Shown here in pieces: positions 1-10,342 of a stretch of 64,000 nt of DNA. Position numbers and translations under genes: made by a program. Below the pieces are notes generated by a model, which worked only from the letters and a program-made list of their open reading frames with translations, was not told the DNA's origin and did no database searches. How positions within the stretch are numbered: the stretch's first letter is position 1; the number at the start of each line of letters is the position of its first letter. Origin of the DNA: an uncultured Verrucomicrobiae bacterium (GTDB taxonomy: Bacteria > Verrucomicrobiota > Verrucomicrobiia > Chthoniobacterales > UBA10450); NCBI GenBank assembly GCA_963726745.1, contig CAVSDR010000003.1, positions 128,001-192,000 of the forward strand, given 5' to 3'.

Positions 1-1
1 A

Positions 2-250
2 AAGAAGGGTGTCGCGCTCGATAAGAACGTGAAGGTCGAGAAGATCGACGAGAAGCGTTTCGACCACGAGTACATGGAATTGATGGTCAAGGATCACAAG
101 AAGGACGTGGCTTCGTTCGAGAAAGCCGCGAAGAACAGCAAGGACGCGGACGTGAAGGCGTTTGCCGGCAAGACGCTCCCGACCTTGAAGCAACACCTCG
201 AAATGGCCAAGCAGACCGAAGCCAAGGCCAAGGCCGAGAAGAAGAGCTAA
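2..250 (+). CDS. DUF4142-family protein, 3' part (gene begins before the window)
   Basis: FDHEYMELMVKDHKKDVASFEKAAKNSKDADVKAFAGKTLPTLKQHLEMAK matches the ferritin-like DUF4142 C-terminal pattern; frame is open to the window edge. Confidence 0.8.
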   Translation, partial: KKGVALDKNVKVEKIDEKRFDHEYMELMVKDHKKDVASFEKAAKNSKDADVKAFAGKTLPTLKQHLEMAKQTEAKAKAEKKS

Positions 251-277
251 CAACCTCTCGTTAGGCAGTATTCCTCA

Positions 278-313
278 ACGCGGCGGGCCCGATTGGCTCG
301 CCGCGTTTTTTTT
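278..313 (+). terminator. Rho-independent terminator between convergent genes
   Basis: AACGCGGCGGGCC-CGATT-GGCTCGCCGCGTT stem-loop followed by a T-run. Confidence 0.75.
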
Positions 314-1418
314 ATGGCTCGACCCGCAGCCGCAGCTCCACGACCAACCGCTCCCCGACCACGGTCGGCACTGGCGGCAGGTAGAGCTGGGGATCGATCC
401 CGGTCACCCGCAGTCGCAGAACTTCCGCCCCCGGCAGGCGCTCAGCGTCGCCCGCCACGACGATCGCCTCGAGCGGTCCCGCGAACCGACCCACGCGCAG
501 CCGCGCGATCTCGACCGTGGTGAAAGGGCTCACAAAATCGATCCGCAACGGCGCCAGCCCCGCGCGTGGCGGAAGCGCGAGCGCGACCTCCTTCCACTCT
601 CCGTGCCCGATGCGTGTCACCACCGAGTCCTCCTCGCGGTGGATCCCGTCGTGCGTGTGAAAAAGCTGAATGATCGTCTGCCGGCCGGCCGCGGTTTGGC
701 CGATCGTGCGGTCGCGCCAGTGCCGCGCGATGCGCTCCTGCAGGTCCAATGCGCAACGCCGATAATATTCCAGCAGCTCCGCGCCGCGACCGGCAAGGAG
801 CGCCTCCACTGGCTCGGGCAACGCCTTGGCCGGCGGCTTTTGCCAGACACCCAGGCCCGGGCCGTCGGGAAAGGTGAACGAGCGGCCGCGGGTCTGCATT
901 TCCTCCCAAACTTTCCACACGCCAAAATCGCGCACGCGCACACGGACATCGTGCATCAAAAGCAGGCCGCCCGGCGCGAGCTTCGGCAGCCAGCCAGCGA
1001 GATCAGCCCGCACCGCGGCCTCGGTGTGGAGCCCGTCGAGATGCAGCAGCTCGATGCTCCCGTCGGGAAACTGCGGCAGCGCCTCGGCAAAGCTCGAGCG
1101 CACCAGCGTCGCAAACTTCGCGTAGTGCTGCGCGTGCTCCGCCGAGACTTCCGCGAAGGTTGTCTCGTCGTAGGCGCCCGCCTGGTCGTCCCCGCGCCAG
1201 GTATCGACGGCGAAGCAGCGCGTCCCGGTCGCGTGTTCCGCCGTCGCCTGGCAAAAGGCGAAAAAGCTTTCCCCGCGATCCGTCCCCAGCTCCACGAAAA
1301 CGCGCGGCCGCAGGGTAGCCATGAGGTCGTAGGCAAAATGGAGGTTGTCGGTCCACGCACCCACGCCGTAGACCCGCGGCTCGAAGTTTCGCGAAGGCAG
1401 CTCGCTCGGTTTTTCCAT
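312..1418 (-). CDS. Class I SAM-dependent methyltransferase (Methyltransf_24-like) with C-terminal extension
   Basis: FVELGTDRGES, FAVDTWRGD, IELLHLDGLHT, LLMHD motifs; start taken at MEKPS (the ORF extends to 1460). Confidence 0.85.
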   Translation of the reverse strand: MEKPSELPSRNFEPRVYGVGAWTDNLHFAYDLMATLRPRVFVELGTDRGESFFAFCQATAEHATGTRCFAVDTWRGDDQAGAYDETTFAEVSAEHAQHYAKFATLVRSSFAEALPQFPDGSIELLHLDGLHTEAAVRADLAGWLPKLAPGGLLLMHDVRVRVRDFGVWKVWEEMQTRGRSFTFPDGPGLGVWQKPPAKALPEPVEALLAGRGAELLEYYRRCALDLQERIARHWRDRTIGQTAAGRQTIIQLFHTHDGIHREEDSVVTRIGHGEWKEVALALPPRAGLAPLRIDFVSPFTTVEIARLRVGRFAGPLEAIVVAGDAERLPGAEVLRLRVTGIDPQLYLPPVPTVVGERLVVELRLRVEP

Positions 1419-1458
1419 CTTCCCCGATAGTAAACGCGCCTGTGCTATCGTCATCTCC

Positions 1459-2491
1459 ATGCCGTCGCCGCGCCTGCTTTTCGTCGCGCACGAGATGACG
1501 CTCAGCGGCGCGCCGATCCAGCTCGCCTATCTCGTCCGCTGGCTCGCCGCGCGTGGCTGGGACCTCACTGTGCTCGCCCCGGAACCGGGCGCGCTCGCAA
1601 ACGAACTCGGCGACGCGCAGACGATTTTTGACAGCCACTTGTTAGCCGACCCGGCGCGCGCCCGCTTCCGCGAAGTCCTCCCGCAGTTCGACCTCGTCGC
1701 TCGCGAACACCGTCGCCGCCTGGCAGGCGATCTACACCGCGGATGAGCTCGGCGTGCGCTCGCTTTGGTATCTCCACGAAACCCGGGTCGGCCGCGAGCT
1801 TATGGACCTCATCCCGGTGATCCAGCCGACCCTGGCAAAAGCGCACGCGCTCATCGCGCCCACCCAAACTACCGCCGCAATCTACTCCCCGTTCACCCAG
1901 CGAAAAATCCATGTCGTGCCCTATGGCATCCCGGATTTAGCCGGCAAGATCGCGACGACGAATGCGCGGCTCACTGGCGCGGTTATTGGCACGCTCGAGC
2001 CGCGGAAAGGCCAGGACGTTTTGCTGGCTGCGCTTGCGCTTTTGCCTGCCGCAGAAGTGGCCGTCAAAATCGCCGGGCGCGCGCTCGACCCGGCATTCGT
2101 TAGGCAATTGCCGGCGGATCCGCGGGTGGAATTTCTCGGCGCCTTGGAGCATGCCGCCGCGGTCGGCCTGCTCCGCGCCGCCGACTTTCTCGTGCTGCCG
2201 TCGCGCGACGAGACCATGCCGTTGGTCCTGCTCGAAGCGATGAGCCTGGGAAAACCGATCGTGAGCACGGACGTGGGCGGGATCGCGGAATGGCTCCGTG
2301 ATGGCGAGAACGGCCTCCTCGTTCCGCCTGGCGATCCGGCCGCGCTCGCGGCGGCCCTGCGGCGTTTGCTCGGCGACTCTGCGCTGCGCGCACGTCTCGG
2401 CCGCGCAGCCCGCGCGACTTTCGAGGAGCACTTTGCACTCGAGCGTTACGGCGCACGCATGGCCGCCATCCTCCAGGAGACGCTCGCTTGA
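1459..2491 (+). CDS. GT4 glycosyltransferase, frameshifted near 1700
   Basis: N-terminal HEMTLSGAP continues as VANTVAAW..LWYLHE in another frame; C-terminal GTLEPRKGQD and ETMPLVLLEAMSLGKPIV GT-B motifs. Confidence 0.85.
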
Positions 2492-3931
2492 GACCGGGTT
2501 CCTACGAGGAATGGGTGCGGCGCTACGATACCCTCACGGAGGAGGACCGCGCCTGCTTCCGCGCGGAAGCAGCGCGCCTAACGAGTCCTCCGCGGATCTC
2601 CATCTTGCTGCCTGTTTTCAATCCAGAGCTGCCCTGGTTGCGGGCGGCGATCGATTCCGTAAAGGCGCAGACCTACGCGCACTGGCAACTTTGCCTGGCG
2701 GATGACGCCTCTACGCATGCCGGCGTGCGCGAGTTCCTCCGGGAGATGGCGGCGAGCGACCCGCGCATCCGGCTTGTGTTGCGCGAGCGCAATGGCCACA
2801 TCTCGGCCTGCTCGAATTCCGCGCTCGCGCTGGCCGAGGGCGACTGGTGCGGCTTCCTCGATCAGGACGACCTGCTCGCGGAGCACGCGCTTTCGATGGT
2901 CGCGCGCGAAATTGCCGCTTCTCCCGCCGCGGGCCTGATCTATTCCGACGAGGATTTTCTCGAAGCCAGCGGCGCGCGCACGAACCCCTTCTTCAAGCCC
3001 GACTGGAACCCGGAGCTCTTCCTCGGGCAAAATTACCTGAACCACTTTAGCGTCTACCGCACCGATCTGCTGCGCGCGGTCGGCGGACTGCGCGAAGGCT
3101 TCGAAGGCTCGCAGGATTACGACCTCGCGCTGCGCTGCGCCACCCGCCTGCGGGCGGAACAAATCCGCCACCTGCCGCGCATCCTTTATCACTGGCGCAT
3201 GGTGCCCGGGAGCCTGGCTGCGGCCCGCGACGCCAAGCCCTACGCCAAGGATGCGGCTCGCAAAGCGCTGGCTGATTTTGTCGCAACCCGCGGCTGGCCG
3301 GCGGTGGTCGAGCCTTGCCCGGAAAACGTGGAGTCGCATCGCGTCCGCTTCGCTCGACCCGCGGCGGAAGTAACGCTCCTGCGCCACTGCGGAGGATCCG
3401 CTTCCCGCGACCGGCGTGCTCCTGTTTCTCCGGCCCGACCTCACCCTTCGACCGGAAGAGATTGATGAATTGGCCGCACAGGCGTCGCGCCCGGAGGTTG
3501 GCGTAATCGGCGCGCGCATCTGGTCGGCTAACGACACGCTGGAGCATGGCGGGTATATCATCGGCGAGGGTGTGGCGCGCGATGCGCATCACGGCCTGCC
3601 GCGCGGCCATCCCGGCTTTTTCAATCGCACGTTTCTTCAGCGGAACTGCACCGCGGTCTCGAGCGCCTGCCTCGCGATCCGCGCGGAACTTTTCCATGAA
3701 CTGGGCCAGCCCGGGGGGATCGAACTTTGCCAGCGAGTTCGCGCGCGCGGGCTCGGCGTGGTTTGGACGCCCTATGCGAATCCGGTCGCCGCGGCGCCAG
3801 TGCCCGCCGAATTGCCCGCCACTGCAGGCGAGGAGGATCCCTTCTACAGCCCAAATCTTTCTCTCCAGCCTAACGATCAGTTCGAGCTCGCCTTTCCGCC
3901 GCGCTGGTGGCGCGGCCGCGTCTCGGCCTAA
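2488..3931 (+). CDS. GT2 glycosyltransferase, frameshifted near 3385
   Basis: ISILLPVFN, LADDAS, FLDQDD, IYSDED, FEGSQDYDL; second part VSSACLAIR..DPFYSPNLS lies in another frame (3416-3931). Confidence 0.85.
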
Positions 3932-6489
3932 CGACCCTGCTCGGCCAGGTGGAATTGCGCGAGCTTGCTCCGCTCGACTCCAAAGACGCTCGCCCGCGGC
4001 TCGAAGCGCTCGAGCAAGGCGCCGTAGCGCTCGAGGAAATGCCGCACGAGATCGAGCTCGAAAAGATTCGTGGTGTTAATCATCGAGGTCTCGTGGTGGC
4101 GGTAAAGGCAGAGCGTGTTCGCGACGAAGCCGACCGACTCCTCGCGCTGGGCCAGGCGCAACCACATGTCGTAATCCTCCCAACCGAACCACCCGATCTG
4201 GCTCAGCTCGCTGTCGTAGCCACCCACCTCCAGCAAAGTCGCGCGATGGAAGAGCGCCATCGCGTCGATGTAAGGATGCTGCACCAAAATCTGCGGGTCC
4301 CAATCGTAGTAAGAGAGCAGGCCCACGCGATTCTGCGGCGAACCGCGGAAGCGGCAGAGCAAACTATAGGCAGCGGCATGCGGCCCCGCGGTGATCGTCT
4401 CCATCAGCTGCCGGAAGGCCTGCGGGTAAACCAGGTTGTCCGCGTCCATCATGAAGACGTAGGGCGCGCGGGCATGGCGCAGGCCGACATTGCGCGCGTC
4501 CGCCAGGCCGGTGTTAAATTTTTTCTCGACCACGCGCACCGGCCGGCGGGCGCCCCGCAGGATCGCGAGCGCGCGGGCTAACGAGTGATCGGTCGAGCCG
4601 TCGTCGACGATTACGATCTCGGCTGACGCCGGGAGATGGGCGAGCGCGGCGGTGACGCTGCGGACACACTCGTCGATGTGCTGCGCGTAATTGTAGAGCG
4701 TGATGATGACGGCTAATTCCGGCGCCGGGGCGGTTTGATGGGGCGCGTTGTCGTGCACCACTGCGATCGGTTTTCCCTCTTCCTCGAGCGCGTGCTGCCG
4801 GGCCAGCCGGTCGCGGTAGCCCTGGCGGCGGGCGATCACTTGCGCGCGCGCGGATTGTTCCGCCTGCAGGTCTACCGTCACGCTTTCCGCCGGCGCGGGA
4901 GCAGGCGAGCTACGGAAGCCGAAGAGATCCTCGCGCAACGCCTCGCCCAGAAGCCGGCGGGTGTGGCGCGCGAGATGTTTACGAAGGCCTGGCGAGAGCG
5001 CGGCCGGTGCGGCATCGGCAGTCAGGCGGGGTGCTTTCTCGAGATCGTCCGCATCCGGCGCCTCGATCTCCTGGAGAAACAGGCGGCAAGTTTGGCCCTG
5101 GCGCAGTTCCCGTTCGACAAACTCCCGCCCGGCGCGCGCGATCGCAGCGCATTCCTCGGGATGTGCGAGGTAATACTCACAGGCCGGGATGAGATACTCC
5201 GGGTCGACCATGACGAAGTGCCGCCCGGGCACGAGCGCGCCGTGGCCCTGGCAGGTCTCGGTGATGATGCAGCAGCCATTCGCCAGACCCACGAGCATGC
5301 GGTGCCATTCGAAATATTTCTGCTCCGAGTAATGCACATTCAGCAGGATGCGGGTGTCGCTCAGGAGCTGGTTCCGCGCGGCCGCGTCGAGGTAGCTGCG
5401 GGTCTGTTTCGTCTTCGCGAAGCCCAGCGGCACCAGCCGCAGATGGCAGCGGTGTCGCGAGAAGAAGTCCGCATGTCGCGCGAGAAATTCATCGCGCCGC
5501 GCGGTCATCGCGCCGAGAAAAGTGAGATCGAAAGTGCGCGTGGAATGCGCCCGCGCCCCTTCCCCCTCGAGCATCGGGTGGTAGCCGAGTTGGAGTTGCT
5601 CCGCGGGCAGTTGGCGCTGGCGATAGGCCGCGACGCCCAGCGGATTGATATCGGCCACGCCGCGGGCGTAGTGCGCCCACTGGAGATTGCTGTGAAACCA
5701 GCCGGTCTCTGGTTGCTCAGTGCAGAGCAGGTAAACGCCGCCGGTGAGCCGCCGCGCCTCGGCCCGCGAGAGCTGCTCGCGCAGGAAAAGATTGTAGAAT
5801 TCGTGCGGCGTCAGAACGATCTGGAGCGTGTCCGCGGGTGGCTCCGCTTCCGGGAATTCATCGAGCCGCAGGCGCGCCGCACAGCCGAGCTCACGAAAGC
5901 CGGCTGCGACCAGCTCGCCGATCTCGAGGATGAAAAGATTCGACTTCTTCGTCCCGAAAATCTCCACCCGGCGCGTGCGCGGGGCGGCAGGATCGCGGGC
6001 GGCCGGCAGTGAAACGACCGGGCGCGCGCGCGCCTCGCGCCCGGCGACGAAGCGCTCGAGGTAGGCCACCAGAAAACCGCGCAGATGCGGCAGCCCCAGG
6101 CGTTCCACCAGGCTGAGCGGGTAGGATTGCACCGTCGCGCGCGCGAAAGTCTGCCAGTGCCGCGCCGCGTCCAGCACCTGGAACTCGAGCTCGTTTCGCC
6201 CAAAGCCGAGCTGCAGGTGAAACAGGAAACCGCTCTCCGCCGCCTGCGGCAGATCGGGGAATGCGGCCGCCACATCCGGCCGCTGGCGCTTGCGGCGCGC
6301 GCGCTGGACCACGCGTTTGCGCAACCGCCGGCGCAAGACCGCGCGCAAGCCATGGACCGGCGCGCCGGTGGTCTCGAAAAGCCAGCCGTGCAGCTCGATC
6401 GTTCCGCCGAGGAGGATCTCCGGCAGCGGGCTGTCGAAGCGGAAGCGAAAAGCCTTCGCTGCTTTGTTCTCCCGGGCCGCGACAATCAT
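3928..6489 (-). CDS. Multidomain glycosyltransferase: N-terminal beta module, CgeB/GT-B-like middle, C-terminal GT2
   Basis: ILLNVHYSEQKYFEWHR (CgeB-like); VIITLYNY, IVDDGSTD, MMDADN, GWEDYDMW (GT2). Confidence 0.8.
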   Translation of the reverse strand: MIVAARENKAAKAFRFRFDSPLPEILLGGTIELHGWLFETTGAPVHGLRAVLRRRLRKRVVQRARRKRQRPDVAAAFPDLPQAAESGFLFHLQLGFGRNELEFQVLDAARHWQTFARATVQSYPLSLVERLGLPHLRGFLVAYLERFVAGREARARPVVSLPAARDPAAPRTRRVEIFGTKKSNLFILEIGELVAAGFRELGCAARLRLDEFPEAEPPADTLQIVLTPHEFYNLFLREQLSRAEARRLTGGVYLLCTEQPETGWFHSNLQWAHYARGVADINPLGVAAYRQRQLPAEQLQLGYHPMLEGEGARAHSTRTFDLTFLGAMTARRDEFLARHADFFSRHRCHLRLVPLGFAKTKQTRSYLDAAARNQLLSDTRILLNVHYSEQKYFEWHRMLVGLANGCCIITETCQGHGALVPGRHFVMVDPEYLIPACEYYLAHPEECAAIARAGREFVERELRQGQTCRLFLQEIEAPDADDLEKAPRLTADAAPAALSPGLRKHLARHTRRLLGEALREDLFGFRSSPAPAPAESVTVDLQAEQSARAQVIARRQGYRDRLARQHALEEEGKPIAVVHDNAPHQTAPAPELAVIITLYNYAQHIDECVRSVTAALAHLPASAEIVIVDDGSTDHSLARALAILRGARRPVRVVEKKFNTGLADARNVGLRHARAPYVFMMDADNLVYPQAFRQLMETITAGPHAAAYSLLCRFRGSPQNRVGLLSYYDWDPQILVQHPYIDAMALFHRATLLEVGGYDSELSQIGWFGWEDYDMWLRLAQREESVGFVANTLCLYRHHETSMINTTNLFELDLVRHFLERYGALLERFEPRASVFGVERSKLAQFHLAEQGR

Positions 6490-6525
6490 CGGGCAGAGAA
6501 TCGCCGCACGCGGCGGCGGTTCAAA

Positions 6526-9416
6526 TCACGAATCGAGCTTTCCAAGGCGCGGCGGGAAGGCCAGCTTCCACTGCTCGTTAGGCTCGAGCGAAAGGTTGGG
6601 ATTGTAGTAAGGATCGCGCTCCAGCAGGTCGCCCCAGCGGCGGCGCATGGTCGCGATCTCGCGCAGGAAGCGCCGCTGCTTCTCCGCCGTGTCCTCGACC
6701 CCGCGGCTGGCCGATTCATGATGCCGCAGCTCGGCGTGCGGCGTCCAAACGATGCGCAACCCGGCGGCGCGCAGGCGCAGGCAGAAGTCGACATCGTTGA
6801 AAGCCACCGGCAATTCCGTTTCGTCGAGGCCACCAAAGCGCTGGTAAATTTCCTTCCGCAGGACCAGGCAGGCGCCGGTGACCGCGGAAAAATTCTGCGT
6901 GAGATGCGCGCGCCCGAAATAGCCGTGCTCGCGCCGCACGCCGGCATGCGCATGCGTGGCCACGCCGCCCACGCCCAGGAGCACGCCGCCGTGCTGCATC
7001 GTGCCGTCGGGATACCAGAGCCGCGCGCCGACTGCGCCAATCTCCGGCCGGAGCGCGTGGCTCACCATTTCGCGAAGCCAGCCGGCGTGCATCGCCTCGA
7101 GGTCGTTGTTCAGCAGGCCAATGACCTCGCCGCGCGCCTGCGCGACGCCGAGATTATTTAGCCGGCTAAAGTTGAACTCGCCGGCTACTGGAAGCACGCG
7201 CACGCGCGGGTGGCGCGTCAGCTCCTCGAGCAGCGCGCGCGTTTCCGCTTCGCGGCTTTCATTGTCCACGATCAAAATCTCGAAGGGCGCGTAATCAGTT
7301 TTAGCCAGCAAGCTCTCCACCGCTTGCTGCAACAAATCCGCCCGGTCGCGCGTGGGAATAATGAGCGTAACCAACGGCGGCGCCGCCGGCAGTGGGTGAA
7401 TCACGCGCAAGTAATGCGCGTAATGCGGTTCCACGCGCGCGTCCACGCCGCGGCGTTGCCAATGTTCCGCGACTGCGCGCACCGCCGCCTCTTGCGCATA
7501 CGGCTTCGCGCCGGCGACCGCGGCCGTGCTCTCGCCGGCGCTGCGCCAATGGTAGAGCACGCGCGGAATATGCTCGATCTGCGCAGGCTCGATCTGCTCG
7601 GCGCAGCGGAGGACAAGGTCGTGGTCCTGCGAGCCTTCAAAACCGAGCCGAAAGCCCCCCACCGCCGCACCAGTTCCGTCCGGTAGACGCCAAGATGGGA
7701 AACGTAATTTTGCGCGCAGAGCAGGTCGGGATTCCAATCGCTCTTGAAGTAGGGATCGGTCCGGCGGCCCTGCGCATCGAGCTTGTCCTCGTCGCTGTAG
7801 AGCAGCTGGAGCCCGGGCGTTTGCTGCAGCGCGAGCGCGTTGCAGTAGAGCGCGAGCGGCGCGAGTTCGTCGTCGTGATCCAGCAGAGCAATGAACTCGC
7901 CACGGGCCATCGCGAGGGCGTCATTCGAGGCCGCGGAGATGTGGCCATTGTGCTCGCGGCGATGGAAACGAATCCGCGGGTCGCCCCGGGCCGCGCGCAA
8001 GAGTTCGCGCGCCACGCGCGGATCGGTCGAGGCGTCGTCGACCACGCAGAGTTCCCAATGCGGGTAAAGCTGCGCGCGCACGGAAGCGAGTGCGCGCCGG
8101 AGCCAGCGCACCTCGGGATTGTAGACCGGCAGCAGGACCGAGAAGAGCGGAGGCGACGACCAGCCGGCAATTTGCGCGCGCATCTTCGTGCTTTCCGCAC
8201 TCGTTAGGCGGTCATACAGCGCGATCCACTCGGCGTAGTTGCCGACCGCTTCGGTCGCATCGCTTTGCCGGCGGGACACGAGTGCGCCGCGCATCGGCGT
8301 GGTGAAAAACGTCTCCCATTTCCCCGCTTCGCTCCGCGCCTCGAGCAGGAACTGGCGGCGACCCCACGGTATTGTTGCCTCCAACCGAAAACCACAGCGC
8401 AAGGCAGCTGCGCCGCGTTCGTTGGCCACGGCCACATCGGGCCGGAGAATGCCGTAGTGCGCCGGAAAAATCTTCCGGCCGAGGCGCCCGCGCAGTTCCG
8501 CGACGTCCGGTCCGCTCCTGGCGAAACACCAGCCAGCAACATGGAGGTGACGCTGCGGCGCGGACCAGTCCGTCGGCCGATCGATCCAAAAGTTAAAGCG
8601 CGAACCGGCGGCCGCATCCGGTGCAAACAGGAGCGCATCCTCGGCGCTCAGCGGCTCCGGCACTGCGCCCGTGCCTTCGACCTCGCCCAGGAAAAATGGG
8701 TGCCAGCCGCCGCGCACCAGCAACGCCTCCAACCGGAGCGCGTGCCGGCCGCGCGGCACCTCCACCGCGACGGCAAACCCGGCCGCGCCTGCGCCTTCCT
8801 TCCCGGGAAAAATAGCCGGCAAATCCTCTCGCGGCAGCCCGTGGCGCCCAGGGAAAACGCGCTCGTCCACCCGCGCGCGCACGCCGGCGATGGGCGATCC
8901 TTCGTGCGGCAAGCACCAGCCCGCCAGAAATTGCCGGCTCGCCGGCGCGGCCAGATTGGCCGGCCGATCGAGGTGAAAAGCGAAGCGCATACTGGCTTCG
9001 CGTTCCTCGAGCGCGCGCCAAAGTTTCCGCTCCGTCGCGCTCTCTCGCAGCGGCCCGCGCACGTCGCAGGCGAAGGCTTTTTGCCACGCGCCGTCGGCCC
9101 GCGCGACCTGCAGTTCCAGCCGCCCGCGGCCGAAGGGCACGACCACATCCACGGTGAAGCCGCACCAGCGCGGCGCGTCCGGCAGGGCCAAATAGGCAGC
9201 CACTTCGGGCCGCGCGCGATCGAAGACGCCGGGGAAAATTTCCCCACGCAAGCGCGCGCGGAGACGGACAAGCGGCGCCCCGTGTTTCGCCACGCACCAG
9301 CCGGAAAGCCGGAGCCGGCGGACGCGTTGCGACCAATCCCGCGGCTCGTCCAGCCAGAGATGAAACTTCCGCGAAACCTGCGCGCGCGCGTTTTCGGGAA
9401 GCGGGAAATTCTGCAC
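6526..9416 (-). CDS. Large double-GT2 glycosyltransferase with three N-terminal repeats, frameshifted near 7660
   Basis: FSVLLPVYN, VVDDAS, LLDHDD, YSDEDK in ORF 7401-9416; continues GGFRLGFEGSQDHDL, LIIPTRDR, LLNNDLE, AFNDVDFCL in ORF 6526-7737; the break lies next to a C-homopolymer. Confidence 0.85.
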
Positions 9417-9428
9417 GGAAGAGCGCGC

Positions 9429-10256
9429 CTAACGAGCCGGCTTGCGGGCGAGCAACTGGAAGCCCGCGGCGATCGCGCCCTGCAGCTCCGGCGCGAGATT
9501 TTGCAGCGCGGCAAAGCCCGGCGGCGGCTCGCCGCGGTGCCGCCAAAAATCGGCCCACTCCTGCAGGCTGCTGTCGCCGAGGAGGAATTGCTCGCGCGCG
9601 GAGAGGCCGGATTGCGCCGCGGTGTGGAGGACGTTTGAGAGGAGAAAGCTGAGCATCACCCCGGGCCCGAAGTTGCCGCTAACGGAACAGCTATCGATCT
9701 CGAAAGCGGCGAACCATTCGCGCACGCCAAACTCGGTCGCGTTGTAATAATGATGCGGCGCCTCGTGGAGCGACTGGAGGAAGGCGGTGTGAATCGCGAC
9801 GCTCCCGCCGGGCTTGAGCACGCGCCGAATTTCCGCGGCCGCGGTGCGTGGATCGCGCAGATGCTCGAAGACGTTGAAGGCAAAGACGCGGTCGAAGGTG
9901 TCGTCGCGAAACGGAAGCGCGTGCGCATCGCCGACCACGTCGGTGTGGCGAAAGATTTTGTATTCGAACTCAATGCAATTCGGCGAGCGGATGGCCGTCG
10001 CGCCGGCACCGATGTTCAGGACGAACTCGCGGCCCTCGCGCAATATCGCTTCGAACTCGGGGCCAATCGGATTGCTCGCGTGGTCCAAGGGTGCGACCAC
10101 CGGCGTTTCCGCGATGAAAACCGGCACGCCATCGTGATGCCGAAAATGATGCTCTCCGCCGGCGCAGACCAGCCGCTCAGCCTCGCGGCGCAGCGATTGC
10201 CGGCAGACCGGGCAGGCCAGAATTTCTGCGAGGCGCGCATTCGTTTCTCTCGCCAT
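9429..10256 (-). CDS. Methyltransferase type 11 with N-terminal Trm112-like Zn motif
   Basis: LACPVC..L..C N-terminus; VLNIGAG, GDAHALPF, FEHLRDP, VLKPGG. Confidence 0.85.
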   Translation of the reverse strand: MARETNARLAEILACPVCRQSLRREAERLVCAGGEHHFRHHDGVPVFIAETPVVAPLDHASNPIGPEFEAILREGREFVLNIGAGATAIRSPNCIEFEYKIFRHTDVVGDAHALPFRDDTFDRVFAFNVFEHLRDPRTAAAEIRRVLKPGGSVAIHTAFLQSLHEAPHHYYNATEFGVREWFAAFEIDSCSVSGNFGPGVMLSFLLSNVLHTAAQSGLSAREQFLLGDSSLQEWADFWRHRGEPPPGFAALQNLAPELQGAIAAGFQLLARKPAR

Positions 10257-10342
10257 GATCGTGGGGGGAGACTAAAAGACAGGCCTGCGGAAGCAAGGCG
10301 CAGCCCGCGTCCGCCGCGGCCGCAGAAGAACCTTCGAGCTTC

